Origin: Zymomonas mobilis subsp. mobilis ATCC 10988
GTDB lineage: Bacteria > Pseudomonadota > Alphaproteobacteria > Sphingomonadales > Sphingomonadaceae
DNA: 32,000 nt
Assembly: GCF_000175255.2 (NCBI RefSeq)
Contig: NC_017180.1
Location: 1 to 32,000, forward strand
Reading direction: 5' to 3'
Part shown: positions 1 through 9,894 of the stretch, one piece after another
Layout of the letters: each line of letters opens with the position of its first letter
Position numbering within the stretch: the stretch's first letter is position 1
The notes under the pieces: generated by a model
Told to the model about the DNA's origin: nothing
The model's database searches: none
Seen by the model: only the letters and a program-made list of their open reading frames with translations
Program-made: the position numbers and the translations under genes

Positions 1-2
1 TA

Positions 3-392
3 ATGTTACAAACAACACATCTAGAGCGTGCGCTTAAACGCCTCAAAGAGGGCTGGGCACGTTATTTGGCTCACTCAGATGATGAGCAACTACGAGACGG
101 GCTAATCCAACGTTTTGAGTTCACTTATGAAATTTCACATAAAATTATTAAGCGATATCTCGAATTAACGTCTCCATCTCCTGATTTGTATGATCGCATG
201 GATTTTGCAGATATCATTCGATCAGCAAGCGAAAAAGGAATCTTGGAAGGTGATTGGAGGCAATGGAAAAAGTACAGAGACAGAAGGAATTTAACAAGTC
301 ATACGTATAACGAAACAAATGCTGAGATTGTTGTTGAGATAATACCTGAATTCATCGAAGAAGTGGAATATTTTTTAAGAAAAATAAAATGA
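3..392 (+). CDS. HEPN-domain protein, HI0074-like nucleotidyltransferase substrate-binding family (putative toxin half of a HEPN/MNT pair)
   Basis: 129-aa ORF. Rx4-6H HEPN signature in 'YRDRRNLTSHTYNE'. Its stop overlaps the start of the MNT ORF (ATGA at 389-392). The ATG at 3 overlaps a TAA at 1-3, so an upstream gene may end at the window edge. Confidence 0.8.
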   Translation: MLQTTHLERALKRLKEGWARYLAHSDDEQLRDGLIQRFEFTYEISHKIIKRYLELTSPSPDLYDRMDFADIIRSASEKGILEGDWRQWKKYRDRRNLTSHTYNETNAEIVVEIIPEFIEEVEYFLRKIK

Positions 393-1972
393 CAATGATG
401 TCCAAAATTGATGTTTCCCCTGAGGATTGGCTTATCATCAAAGCGATACTTCAGGGATTTGTCCCACAAAAGGAAGTGTGGGCGTTCGGTTCACGTGCAC
501 GTTGGACTGCTAAAGATTATTCTGATCTGGATATTGTAATACTTGGTGAGGAGCCTCTCTCCGAAGAATTATTTATGGATTTGGAAAAAAATTTCACAGA
601 ATCGGATTTACCTTGGAAAGTAGATATTGTTGATTGGTACAATTTAGACGACGATTTTAAAAAGATAATAGAAAAAGATTATGTTGTGATACAAAAAAGA
701 AATATCACTAAATGGCCATCCGTTCGCCTTGATTCGATTTTAGTACCAACCGAAAGAATTTCTTATGGTGTCGTTCAACCTGGCAAAGAATCCTTAAATG
801 GCGTACCCATTGTGCGTGTATCAGATGTACGCGATGGAATGATAAAAACAGAAAAGCCTTTAAAAATTTCACAAGAGGTTGAAAATTCGTATTTACGCAC
901 ACGTTTAACAGGAGGCGAACTCTTGCTGAGTATCGTTGGCACTGTTGGCGAAACGGCTATAGTGCCAGAATCTCTTAAAGGATGGAATATCGCACGCGCA
1001 ATTGCACGCATTCCAGTCCGAGAAGATATCGGCGCTCGATGGGTACAATTAGCACTTAAAACAGAAACCATTAAACAACTTATCAACAGCAAACTCAACA
1101 CAACCGTACAACCAACACTTAATCTTCGTGATGTTTTTGAATTACCTGTACCGTTCCCATCTAAAGAAAAACGCTCCAGTATTCTAAACATCCTCGGCTC
1201 CCTCGACGACAAAATCGACCTCAACCGCCGGACAAACGAAACACTGGAAGCCATGGCGCGAGCGTTGTTTCGGGACTGGTTTGTCGACTTTGGGCCGACA
1301 CGGGCAAAAATGGCCGGAGAAGCCCCTTACCTCGCACCAGAACTGTGGGAACTTTTTCCCGACAGGCTGGATGATGAAGGTAAGCCAGAAGGGTGGAAAA
1401 ATAGTCAAATTGGCAAACAATTTGATATTACCATGGGACAGTCCCCTCCTGGATATACATATAACTTAGACGGCAATGGTAAGCCTTTTTATCAAGGAAA
1501 AGCTGACTTCGGAACCATTTTCCCAACTCGTAGAATGTATTGCGCAGCCCCAAATCGTATGGCTTATACGTTTGATAGTTTGGTCAGCGTACGAGCACCT
1601 GTTGGAGAGGTAAATCTTTCAGCTGAAGAGTGTTGTATCGGAAGGGGGTTAGCAGCCATTCGCCATCCGCAGAATCTGCCTTACTATACCTATCTTGTAA
1701 TGAAATCCCTAAGAAAAATATTTTTTTCTTTTGAAGACAACGGCACAGTATTCGGCTCCATCAACAAAAAGCAATTTGAAAAATTGGGTGTTTTAGAAAG
1801 TAAAGTCGAGAATGTTTTTGAGAAACGCGTAGACCCAATTTTTAAAAAAATTATTACCAATGAAGCCGAATCTTATACTCTTGCCCAGCTCCGAGACCTT
1901 CTTCTCCCAAAGCTCATGTCTGGTGAAATAAGTATCCGGAATGCCGAAAAGATGGTGAAAGACGCGGCATGA
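389..1972 (+). CDS. hsdS: Minimal nucleotidyltransferase (MNT) domain fused in frame to the type I R-M specificity subunit HsdS
   Basis: The first ~103 aa carry the MNT signature 'FGSRARWTAKDYSDLDIVILG'. The rest is a two-TRD HsdS with the central conserved region 'LDDKIDLNRRTNETLEAMARALFRDWFVDF' and the C-terminal conserved region 'LAQLRDLLLPKLMSGEI'. No stop codon separates the two parts. An in-frame GTG at 686-688 could also start a stand-alone HsdS. The stop overlaps the hsdR start (ATGA at 1969-1972). Confidence 0.8.
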   Translation: MTMMSKIDVSPEDWLIIKAILQGFVPQKEVWAFGSRARWTAKDYSDLDIVILGEEPLSEELFMDLEKNFTESDLPWKVDIVDWYNLDDDFKKIIEKDYVVIQKRNITKWPSVRLDSILVPTERISYGVVQPGKESLNGVPIVRVSDVRDGMIKTEKPLKISQEVENSYLRTRLTGGELLLSIVGTVGETAIVPESLKGWNIARAIARIPVREDIGARWVQLALKTETIKQLINSKLNTTVQPTLNLRDVFELPVPFPSKEKRSSILNILGSLDDKIDLNRRTNETLEAMARALFRDWFVDFGPTRAKMAGEAPYLAPELWELFPDRLDDEGKPEGWKNSQIGKQFDITMGQSPPGYTYNLDGNGKPFYQGKADFGTIFPTRRMYCAAPNRMAYTFDSLVSVRAPVGEVNLSAEECCIGRGLAAIRHPQNLPYYTYLVMKSLRKIFFSFEDNGTVFGSINKKQFEKLGVLESKVENVFEKRVDPIFKKIITNEAESYTLAQLRDLLLPKLMSGEISIRNAEKMVKDAA

Positions 1973-4900
1973 GCTTTCTGTCTGAAAACGAGATCGAAGA
2001 CTGGGCTTGCGATATTCTGCGCGAATGTGGCTACACCATTGTCTGGGGGCCAGATATTGCCCCCGGTGGCAAAAAGCCGGAACGCGCCTCGTTATCGGAC
2101 GTCATTCTGGAAAAACGCCTGCGTGCGGCCATAGACCGTTTGAACCCACACCTTCTCCAAGCCTCGCGGGATGAAACTCTGCTGGCTCTGATCCGCGAAG
2201 ACACACCCGACCATGTGGACGAAAACCGCCGCCTGCATGATTATCTGGTCAATGGCGTGCCGGTAGACGTGGTGCGCGAAGATGGCACACAGTCTGGCGA
2301 CCGGGTGCGCCTTCTGGATTTTGATACCCCGGAGAATAATGACTTTCTGGTCGTGCGCCAGTTCGTCCTTGAAAAGGACGAGGCCAACCGCAGGCCAGAC
2401 CTCGTTCTGTTCATCAACGGCATGCCGCTTGGAGTGGTGGAACTCAAAAGCCCCAGTTCCGAGAACGCTACGCTGGATTCCGCATGGAACCAGTTCCAAA
2501 CCTATCGCAGCCTTATTTCCTCCCTGTTCCGTTTCAATGAAGCGTTGATGATTTCAGATGGTACACAGGCCCGCGTTGGCTCCCTCACAGCCGGCCGTGA
2601 CCGCTTCATGCCATGGCGCACCATCAACGGCGAAGACCTGATCGCCAAAAACCATGAGGAAATGGAAACCGTATTGCGGGGCGTGTTTACGCCACACTGG
2701 TTTCTGGGTCTGATCCGTGACTTTGTGCTGTTTGGCGAGAAGAACGGGAGTCCTATCAAAATTCTGGCGGGCTATCACCAGTTTCATGCCTGCCTGAAGG
2801 CTGTGACGCAGACTGTGCGGGCCTCTGCCCCGGATGGAAACCGCAAGGTGGGTGTAGTCTGGCACACGCAGGGGTCCGGCAAGAGCCTGCTCATGACGTT
2901 CTATGCAGGCGTGATCGCCCGCCACCCGGAGATGGAAAACCCCACCATCATTGTGCTGACAGACCGCAATGATCTGGACGACCAGCTCTTCGCCACCTTC
3001 TCCGGCGCGCAGGCTTTACTCCGTCAGATACCGGAACAGGCGGACAGCCGAGACGACTTGCAGAAACTCCTCCGGCGTACCTCGGGCGGTGTCATCTTTA
3101 CCACCTTGCAGAAGTTCCAGCCCGAAGACGGCGAAACCAGCCTGCCCATGCTGACCGACCGGCGCAATGTGGTGGTCATGGCAGATGAGGCGCACCGCAG
3201 CCAGTATGGGCTGGAAGCCAAATTCAACCCTAAGACCGGCAAAATGACCTATGGATTTGCCAAATATCTGCGCGACGCCCTTCCTAATGCCTCCTTTATC
3301 GGCTTTACCGGTACACCCATTGAAAATGCCGATGTGAACACACGCGGCATCTTTGGCGACTACATCGACATTTACGACATCGCGCAGGCTGTCGAGGATG
3401 GCGCAACCGTGCCTATTTATTACGAAAGCCGCCTTGTGCGCATCGAACTGGATGAAGACCTCAAGGACGAGCTGGACGATGAACTGGCCGATATTGTCGA
3501 AGGGCTTTGCGAGAACGAGGAACACAAGCTCAGCCAGAAATACTCCCGCGTAGAAGCTTTGGTCGGCTCGGAACCCCGCCTGCGCCGGATTGCCGTAGAC
3601 CTTGTAACCCATTTTGAAAACCGCCTGAATGCCCTTGAAGGAAAAGGCATGATAGTTGGTATGAGCCGGGCCATTTGTGTGGCTCTGTATAACGAGATCA
3701 TCCGCCTGCGCCCCGCATGGCATAGTGATGATGACAATGAAGGAGCCATCAAGGTGGTAATGACCGGCAGTTCATCCGACCCTGCCGGGTTGCAGCCCCA
3801 TATTGGCAAGAAATCCAAAGCCCGACGTGAACTACTGGCAAAGCGCATGAAGGACAACAATGACCCGCTCCGTCTGGTTATTGTGCGCGACATGTGGCTG
3901 ACGGGTTTTGACGTGCCTTCCATGCACACCATGTATGTGGATAAGCCTATGCGCGGGCATGGATTGATGCAGGCCATTGCCCGCGTCAACCGTGTATTCA
4001 AGGGCAAACCCGGTGGTCTGGTGGTAGACTATATCGGCCTCGCTCAGAATCTAAAGGCGGCTCTGGGTGAATATTCAGCCGGAGACCGCGAGCAGGTCGG
4101 CATTGATGAAGGCAAAGCCATCCGCGCCTTGCAGGAACGCTACGAAGTCGTGCGAGCCATGTTCAATCCTGGTCAGGCCGCTGGCTTTGACTACCGCCCA
4201 GCCTTGCAGGACGAGGCAACAGCTAAGACCAAGCTCTCCATCATGGCAGGAGCACTTGACCATATTCTGGGTCAGCAGCAACGCGCCATGGTAACAGCCA
4301 AAAGCGCTGAAGAGCGTAAAGCGATCCAGAAACGCTACCCGGATGGAGTCAAGGCGCTTTCAGTCGCCTTTGCTCTGGCCTCTGCCAGTGATGAAGCTGC
4401 CAGACTGCGCGATGAAATCGGGTTTTTCGAGGCAGTCAGGGCGGCACTGGTCAAAAGTGCGAGCAATGGCAGCGATGGACGCAGTGCGCAGGAACTCGAG
4501 CTAGCTATCAAGCAACTGGTCAGCAAGGCGGTCATTTCAACCGATATTATCGATATCATGGAAGTCGCAGGCATTGGAAAACCTGATATTTCCATCCTCT
4601 CGGACACCTTCTTGCAGGAAGTGCGGGAAATGCCTCAGCGCAATCTGGCCATTGATGCGCTCAAAAAGCTGCTGGAAGGCCAGATACGTAGCCGCACACG
4701 CACCAACATCACGGAAGCCGAAGCTTTCTCACAAAGACTGGAACAAGCTGTCGCCCGTTACCATGCCAATGCACTCACATCTGCCCAGATACTGGATGAA
4801 CTTATCCGCATGGCGCATGATATGGTCTCCGCTTGCGACCGGGGCGAGGAACTGGGACTGACACAGGAAGAAATCGCCTTTTATGACGCACTCGCACAGA

Positions 4901-5154
4901 ATGAAAGCGCCAAGGAGGCCATGGGTGACCCTGGTCTACGCGCTATTGCTACAGCTTTAGTAAAGACCATTCGGGTAAATGCTACCGTTGATTGGACCGT
5001 CATGGCCCAAGCCCGCGCCAAAATGCGTACATCTGTCAAGCGTCTACTTCGCCGCTATGGATACCCGCCTGATATGCAAGATGAAGCTGTACAGCACATC
5101 CTGCGACAGGCCGAACAATTTGCACCTGTTTGGGCTGAGCAAGGAGGTATATAA
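1969..5154 (+). CDS. hsdR: Type I restriction endonuclease R subunit
   Basis: 1061-aa ORF. SF2 helicase motifs are present: Walker A 'TQGSGKS', DEAH box 'MADEAHRSQ', 'GFTGTPI' and motif VI 'QAIARVNR'. The N-terminal nuclease region is typical of HsdR. The gene is GC-richer than its flanks and coupled to hsdS. Confidence 0.95.
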   Translation: MSFLSENEIEDWACDILRECGYTIVWGPDIAPGGKKPERASLSDVILEKRLRAAIDRLNPHLLQASRDETLLALIREDTPDHVDENRRLHDYLVNGVPVDVVREDGTQSGDRVRLLDFDTPENNDFLVVRQFVLEKDEANRRPDLVLFINGMPLGVVELKSPSSENATLDSAWNQFQTYRSLISSLFRFNEALMISDGTQARVGSLTAGRDRFMPWRTINGEDLIAKNHEEMETVLRGVFTPHWFLGLIRDFVLFGEKNGSPIKILAGYHQFHACLKAVTQTVRASAPDGNRKVGVVWHTQGSGKSLLMTFYAGVIARHPEMENPTIIVLTDRNDLDDQLFATFSGAQALLRQIPEQADSRDDLQKLLRRTSGGVIFTTLQKFQPEDGETSLPMLTDRRNVVVMADEAHRSQYGLEAKFNPKTGKMTYGFAKYLRDALPNASFIGFTGTPIENADVNTRGIFGDYIDIYDIAQAVEDGATVPIYYESRLVRIELDEDLKDELDDELADIVEGLCENEEHKLSQKYSRVEALVGSEPRLRRIAVDLVTHFENRLNALEGKGMIVGMSRAICVALYNEIIRLRPAWHSDDDNEGAIKVVMTGSSSDPAGLQPHIGKKSKARRELLAKRMKDNNDPLRLVIVRDMWLTGFDVPSMHTMYVDKPMRGHGLMQAIARVNRVFKGKPGGLVVDYIGLAQNLKAALGEYSAGDREQVGIDEGKAIRALQERYEVVRAMFNPGQAAGFDYRPALQDEATAKTKLSIMAGALDHILGQQQRAMVTAKSAEERKAIQKRYPDGVKALSVAFALASASDEAARLRDEIGFFEAVRAALVKSASNGSDGRSAQELELAIKQLVSKAVISTDIIDIMEVAGIGKPDISILSDTFLQEVREMPQRNLAIDALKKLLEGQIRSRTRTNITEAEAFSQRLEQAVARYHANALTSAQILDELIRMAHDMVSACDRGEELGLTQEEIAFYDALAQNESAKEAMGDPGLRAIATALVKTIRVNATVDWTVMAQARAKMRTSVKRLLRRYGYPPDMQDEAVQHILRQAEQFAPVWAEQGGI

Positions 5155-5709
5155 ATATACTAAATTTATATGATTTTTTTTGTATTAAAACGCGACCAGC
5201 AAGACCATTTTCTTGTAAATGACGAGCAATGCTAAATAGATTGAATTCTTTCCTTGGGGGGGGGCAATTGCAAAAAAATAGGAAAACTTTGGGTATTAAG
5301 AAGTGGAACGCATTACATAGATAAGCTTGGAAGACTAAGTGATTTTTGGTAGTAATGCGCCTGCCAATAAACGGCTTTTATATTGGTTAGCTTTCTCTTT
5401 CAGTCGTGTAAGATGTAAATTTTCGCCCTCGGTTGTAGTAATTATAAAAGAAGTTACTCGATCATTTTGAACCTATGATAATTCGATTTTTCTAGTAACC
5501 TTAATAAATGAAGCAGTCCCGACGTGTCACCATATGCTATAGCAAAATAAGAAAACCTTTCTTCGCCTTTTTGAATCTTGCTGCTGTAAAATTATGACTA
5601 CCTTTTTTTGTCAACAGTACCTAATTATGTCATGAATTTTGAAAAGATTTATTAGTATAATAACCGAATATATCGTTCTATAGATAACGATAAATATTTT
5701 TGTGACATT

Positions 5710-6813
5710 TTATTTCGTAACATTTGAGATAATCTTAGAAATAGCTATTTCAAAAAAATTGAGTTCTTGAGGAGTTGCTGTCCCAACCCTGATCCAATTC
5801 AAATAGTTAGGATCGTTAAAAATACGAACATCTACGCCTTGAGACATGAGGGCGTCTTTCATTTTTTGCGCAGGTCGTAAAGTATTAATATAAACAAAGG
5901 TTCCTTCGCTCGGTAAATAAGGTAATCTATTATTTTTACATATTTTGTAAATTATCTTTCGACAAGAATTTAAATAGTTTATTGCACCTTGTAAGTAATT
6001 AGAATCTCTAAAACAGGCTTGTGCAGCAGCGTAACCCGCTTGATTTCGAGAGGTTGTTGTTAAACTGTACAGTTGTTTAATCCGTTGTGGTTGGGCAAGG
6101 CAATATCCAATTCTTAGACCTGCAAGTCCATATACTTTTGAAAATGTACGTGTAACGATTATATCAGCATTTTTATTAAGTAACGGAGCAACTGTTTTTT
6201 GAGAAAAATTTGATAAAAGTTCATAATAAGCTTCATCAATAATGATAGGTATCTTTGTAGATATTTCTATACAGAAACTGAATAATTCAGATATATCAAG
6301 TACAGTCCCTGTTGGATTATTGGGATTGCATAAATAAATAAGTGCGGTTTGTGAGGTTATTGCAGATTTTATAGCTTCTAAGTCGATCTTATGGTTTTTT
6401 AATGGTATAAAATCTACAGTTATACCTCGCCGTTGTGCATATGATAGATGAGTAGAATAAGTTGGACTAGGCGCAATAATTGTTCCATTCCGTCCAATAT
6501 CAGCAGAAAGCAAAGACAAAGTATCAAGAGATCCATTTGATAGTCCGACCTGTTCAACTTTAAGATGCTCATACTGCGCAATTTTTACTCGTAGTTCGGA
6601 CTCGTCTTCTATGTAATAGGGAGCTTTTGATATACAGGCTGCAATAGCTTGGCGCGCATTGAGCGATGGGCCAAATGGATTTTTTGTAACATTTAACCTT
6701 GCCCGTATAGGTCTATCGCAGGATAACTGTGCATTTAATTCCTTATTTCCTAAAAAAGTCGGACCCATAATACTGGCAGCTTGTAAAATCTTACGTCGAT
6801 TAAGATGCACCAT
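5710..6813 (-). CDS. Class I/II PLP-dependent aminotransferase (HisC-like) with an N-terminal twin-arginine-type signal
   Basis: 367-aa ORF. Contains 'LCNPNNPTG' and the PLP-lysine motif 'RTFSKVYGLAGLRIGY'. The N-terminus 'MVHLNRRKILQAASIMGPTFLG' resembles a Tat signal. Confidence 0.8.
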   Translation of the reverse strand: MVHLNRRKILQAASIMGPTFLGNKELNAQLSCDRPIRARLNVTKNPFGPSLNARQAIAACISKAPYYIEDESELRVKIAQYEHLKVEQVGLSNGSLDTLSLLSADIGRNGTIIAPSPTYSTHLSYAQRRGITVDFIPLKNHKIDLEAIKSAITSQTALIYLCNPNNPTGTVLDISELFSFCIEISTKIPIIIDEAYYELLSNFSQKTVAPLLNKNADIIVTRTFSKVYGLAGLRIGYCLAQPQRIKQLYSLTTTSRNQAGYAAAQACFRDSNYLQGAINYLNSCRKIIYKICKNNRLPYLPSEGTFVYINTLRPAQKMKDALMSQGVDVRIFNDPNYLNWIRVGTATPQELNFFEIAISKIISNVTK

Positions 6814-7008
6814 CTGATAAATCCAAAGTAAAATGCGCTATTAGAAAATCTCTTTTATTTTTTATCACAAAAATATTACAATTTTGTAACATTAAAATGT
6901 TAATTAATAATAAAATTATAAAATGTCATATTTTTTTAATAATTTTCATAGATGGAAGCTCAATAAATGAAATGTCTGAGCCTCTTTATTATGATCTGGA
7001 AGAATATT

Positions 7009-9597
7009 ATGGCAATTCGAAAAGCTCTTCTGATTAGTACTTTTTCTACTTTAAGCATTACATCCACTAATGTTGTCTTCGCAGCAGAAAAAAAAGATAT
7101 AAATGACATCCAAAAACAAAAGGCGACAATAGAAAAATCAAATAATAACTCCGATATTTCACCAAATAATAGTTCGGATACTTTAATTGTTACAGGTACC
7201 AGAACGGTTAATAGGCAGGCGCGCCAGAGCGCTTCACCCGTTAGTGTATTGTCTGCAGCTAATTTACAGCGTTCTGGACAACTCAATTTAGCAGATGCCA
7301 TTACTCGAACTTATGCATCGATCAACGTTAGTACGATGGGGAATGATGCGGGGGCTCTTACATCGGCTTTTCGTATGCGAGGATTAAACCCAAATCAGGT
7401 TTTAGTACTTGTAAACGGAAAAAGGCGCCACACGACAGCCAATATTTATGCTGATGCAGGACCCGATTTTGGTGCAACGCCTGTTGATCTTAATATGCTT
7501 CCATCTGCATCAATAGAGCATATTGAAGTGTTAGAAGATGGGGCTGCCGCTCAATATGGCTCGGATGCTATTGCTGGCGTTGTAAATATTATTACAAAAA
7601 AAAGTAATAATGGTTTAAATGCGAGTGTCCAAACGGGTGCAAATGCTTATAATGGGGATGGTTGGCAATATCAGGCTAATATTGATGGTGGTCTTTCTTT
7701 AGGAAAAAATGGGTATTTGCATTTGAGTGCCCAGTCGTACCGTGCAAATCATATGGTGCCCTATACGGAAGATCATCGTTTGTTAGGATATAAGCCCGCA
7801 GGTGCGGGAACTTCTTTATATACCGATTCTGTTTCAGTCCCTCTTAATTCTAACAAGGTTATGAGTACCCCGAAAGAAACGCGCGAAAATTTGAGTATTG
7901 ATTTTGGCAAACCGCTTTCCGATGGAGTGGAAGGGTACGGTTTAATAACCTATGCTCATCGTCAGTCAGAGTCCTACCAAAATTATCGGACGCCTGATAC
8001 CGTACCCACTATCTATCCTTATGGTTTCTCGCCTCTCGAGACGATTAAAGAAAATGATTACGCAGCGACATTGGGTCTAAAAGGAGATAACCTTTTTGGG
8101 TTTTCTTGGGACGCTAGCTCAACCTATGGGGCAGATGAGGATGATATCGGTAATAAAAATAGTATAAATAATGGTATGCTCAGTACTAAATGTATTGACC
8201 GTCGTCAAAATCCTCAAACAACTAGCGCCTATGCTTCCAGTCAAGGGTGCGGTTGGTCACCAACAAAGACACGCGCCGAATCCTATCGGATGGCTCAGTG
8301 GACTAATAACTTAGATATTAGACGAAGTATAAATACCGGATTCGCTACTTCAACAATATTAGTCTTTGGTGCAGAACACAGACTTGAAACCTATGAAATT
8401 AAGGCTGGTGATCCGCCTTCTTATGAAGCCGGTGGTATGGCAGGATATGTTGGTCTTAGTCCGCAAAATGCAGGACATTGGAATAGAAACATTTTTGCGG
8501 GATATGTGGATGCTGATTTCCATCCTTTAAAAAAATGGAATATCGACTTTGCTGGTAGATTTGAACATTATTCAGATGTTGGAAATACTTTAAATGGAAA
8601 ATTTTCTACCCGCTATGATATTTCGCACCATATTGCCGTTCGTGGTACCGTTAGTAACGGTTTCCGTGCACCGACACTAGCAGAACAGCATTTTAGCTCT
8701 ATTAATGTTGGAGCAACAACGGTCTCTGGATTGCTGCCCGTAAGTTCGAACGCTGCTCATATTCTTGGAGCCTCTCCTCTTAAACCGGAAAGATCTTTTA
8801 ATGCCAGTGGTGGTATTGTTTTAGAGCCTATAAAGGGCTTTCATATAGAAGCCGATGCTTATCAAATTAATATTCGTAATAGAATTATCGCTGGAGGATC
8901 AACAAATGGCAGTAATGCAATTTCGGCATTGGATAGCTTGGGTTTTGTAATCCCATCCGGCTTAGATCCTAATGCTGTTAGTACTTATTATTTTGCAAAT
9001 GGAGCCAATACTCGAACCAGAGGGTTAGATGTAAAAGCGGACTATTTGGTTCATTTGCATGAACTCGGTATTTTATCACTCTCTGCTTCCTTAGACATTA
9101 ACAAAACCATTTTAACGCATGTTGCATCTACAACGGCGAATGGTGTTTCCGTTCCATTACTTAATGCTGCCACTGCTGGTTATATTACGAGTTCTTATCC
9201 TCGTAGTAAGTTAATCCTGAATGCTTTTTGGGAAGTCGGTAAATGGAATATAAATTTGCGTGAAACACGATATGGCTCCACAACTAATATGCTGGTTTAT
9301 CAAGATTGGACACCTAGTTCTGCAATATGTGAGGCAAATGGTAAAGCTTTGCGCTACTCAAATACTTGTTTTGCTAAATTTAAAAATACACCACGCTGGA
9401 TGACTGATATTGAAGTAGGATATAATATAAATTCAAAGATACATCTTGCTGTTGGTGCCAATAATATTTTTAATGTCCGACCTCGTCGTGTAAATCAAAT
9501 AAATAATAATTATGGTGCCCGTATTTATGACGCCAATTCTGCACAAGTACCAATGACTGGTGCTTTCTATTACGGGCGTGTTTCTGTAAAAATTTAA
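7009..9597 (+). CDS. TonB-dependent outer-membrane receptor
   Basis: Signal peptide 'MAIRKALLISTFSTLSITSTNVVFA'. Plug motifs 'DTLIVTGTR', 'VLVNGKR' and 'IEHIEVLEDGAAAQYGSDAIAGVVNIITKK', followed by a long beta-barrel. The longest ORF starts at 6967, but the ATG at 7009 gives a proper signal peptide. The C-terminus ends in '...SVKI' rather than the usual aromatic residue. Confidence 0.9.
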   Translation: MAIRKALLISTFSTLSITSTNVVFAAEKKDINDIQKQKATIEKSNNNSDISPNNSSDTLIVTGTRTVNRQARQSASPVSVLSAANLQRSGQLNLADAITRTYASINVSTMGNDAGALTSAFRMRGLNPNQVLVLVNGKRRHTTANIYADAGPDFGATPVDLNMLPSASIEHIEVLEDGAAAQYGSDAIAGVVNIITKKSNNGLNASVQTGANAYNGDGWQYQANIDGGLSLGKNGYLHLSAQSYRANHMVPYTEDHRLLGYKPAGAGTSLYTDSVSVPLNSNKVMSTPKETRENLSIDFGKPLSDGVEGYGLITYAHRQSESYQNYRTPDTVPTIYPYGFSPLETIKENDYAATLGLKGDNLFGFSWDASSTYGADEDDIGNKNSINNGMLSTKCIDRRQNPQTTSAYASSQGCGWSPTKTRAESYRMAQWTNNLDIRRSINTGFATSTILVFGAEHRLETYEIKAGDPPSYEAGGMAGYVGLSPQNAGHWNRNIFAGYVDADFHPLKKWNIDFAGRFEHYSDVGNTLNGKFSTRYDISHHIAVRGTVSNGFRAPTLAEQHFSSINVGATTVSGLLPVSSNAAHILGASPLKPERSFNASGGIVLEPIKGFHIEADAYQINIRNRIIAGGSTNGSNAISALDSLGFVIPSGLDPNAVSTYYFANGANTRTRGLDVKADYLVHLHELGILSLSASLDINKTILTHVASTTANGVSVPLLNAATAGYITSSYPRSKLILNAFWEVGKWNINLRETRYGSTTNMLVYQDWTPSSAICEANGKALRYSNTCFAKFKNTPRWMTDIEVGYNINSKIHLAVGANNIFNVRPRRVNQINNNYGARIYDANSAQVPMTGAFYYGRVSVKI

Positions 9598-9604
9598 TTA
9601 TCTA

Positions 9605-9634
9605 AGTTATGTACGATTAAAATCGTACATAACT
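9605..9634 (+). terminator. Perfect hairpin just downstream of the TonB-dependent receptor gene
   Basis: 'agttatgtacga-ttaaaa-tcgtacataact' forms a 12-bp perfect stem 8 nt after the stop codon. No strong T-tract follows. Confidence 0.55.
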
Positions 9635-9894
9635 AATAATTATAAATTTATTTTGACAGTGATTTTTTTGAAACTTAAATGAATATATATAAATATGCGA
9701 TATTGTTTGGAATTTACTTAATTTTTTTGCAAAAAAATGCAGGATTGCAAAGTGCTCAACCGTATCGGATGTTCAATAAGATTAAACCATGTGACAACTT
9801 AGCCAATGAAAGATGGCTGAATCTTAGGCTTATGAGCTATTAACTTATTAACAGGTTGTTGTGATCCACAGGCTTACCGGTGGAAGATGAGCCT

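Noticed and set aside
708-1469. ORFs 708-902(-), 775-1254(-), 1184-1420(-) and 1281-1469(+) inside hsdS
   Set aside because: These are shadow ORFs overlapping the well-supported HsdS frame. They have no motifs.
2092-4607. Many ORFs of 60-235 aa, antisense or out of frame, inside hsdR (e.g. 2092-2499, 2554-2925, 3016-3723, 3420-4007, 4335-4607)
   Set aside because: They lie fully inside a strongly supported 1061-aa helicase/nuclease gene with GC-rich composition, which suppresses stop codons in other frames. Their compositions are Arg/Ser/Ala-rich shadow types with no motifs.
6814-7008. Possible Fur box in the aminotransferase / TonB-receptor intergenic region
   Set aside because: The region is simply very AT-rich ('aatgttaattaataataaaattat'). 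I could not find a convincing match to the GATAATGATAATCATTATC consensus.
6960-7301. 113-aa minus-strand ORF overlapping the start of the TonB-dependent receptor gene
   Set aside because: It is antisense to the receptor's signal peptide and plug region. It has a low-complexity composition and no RBS or context support.
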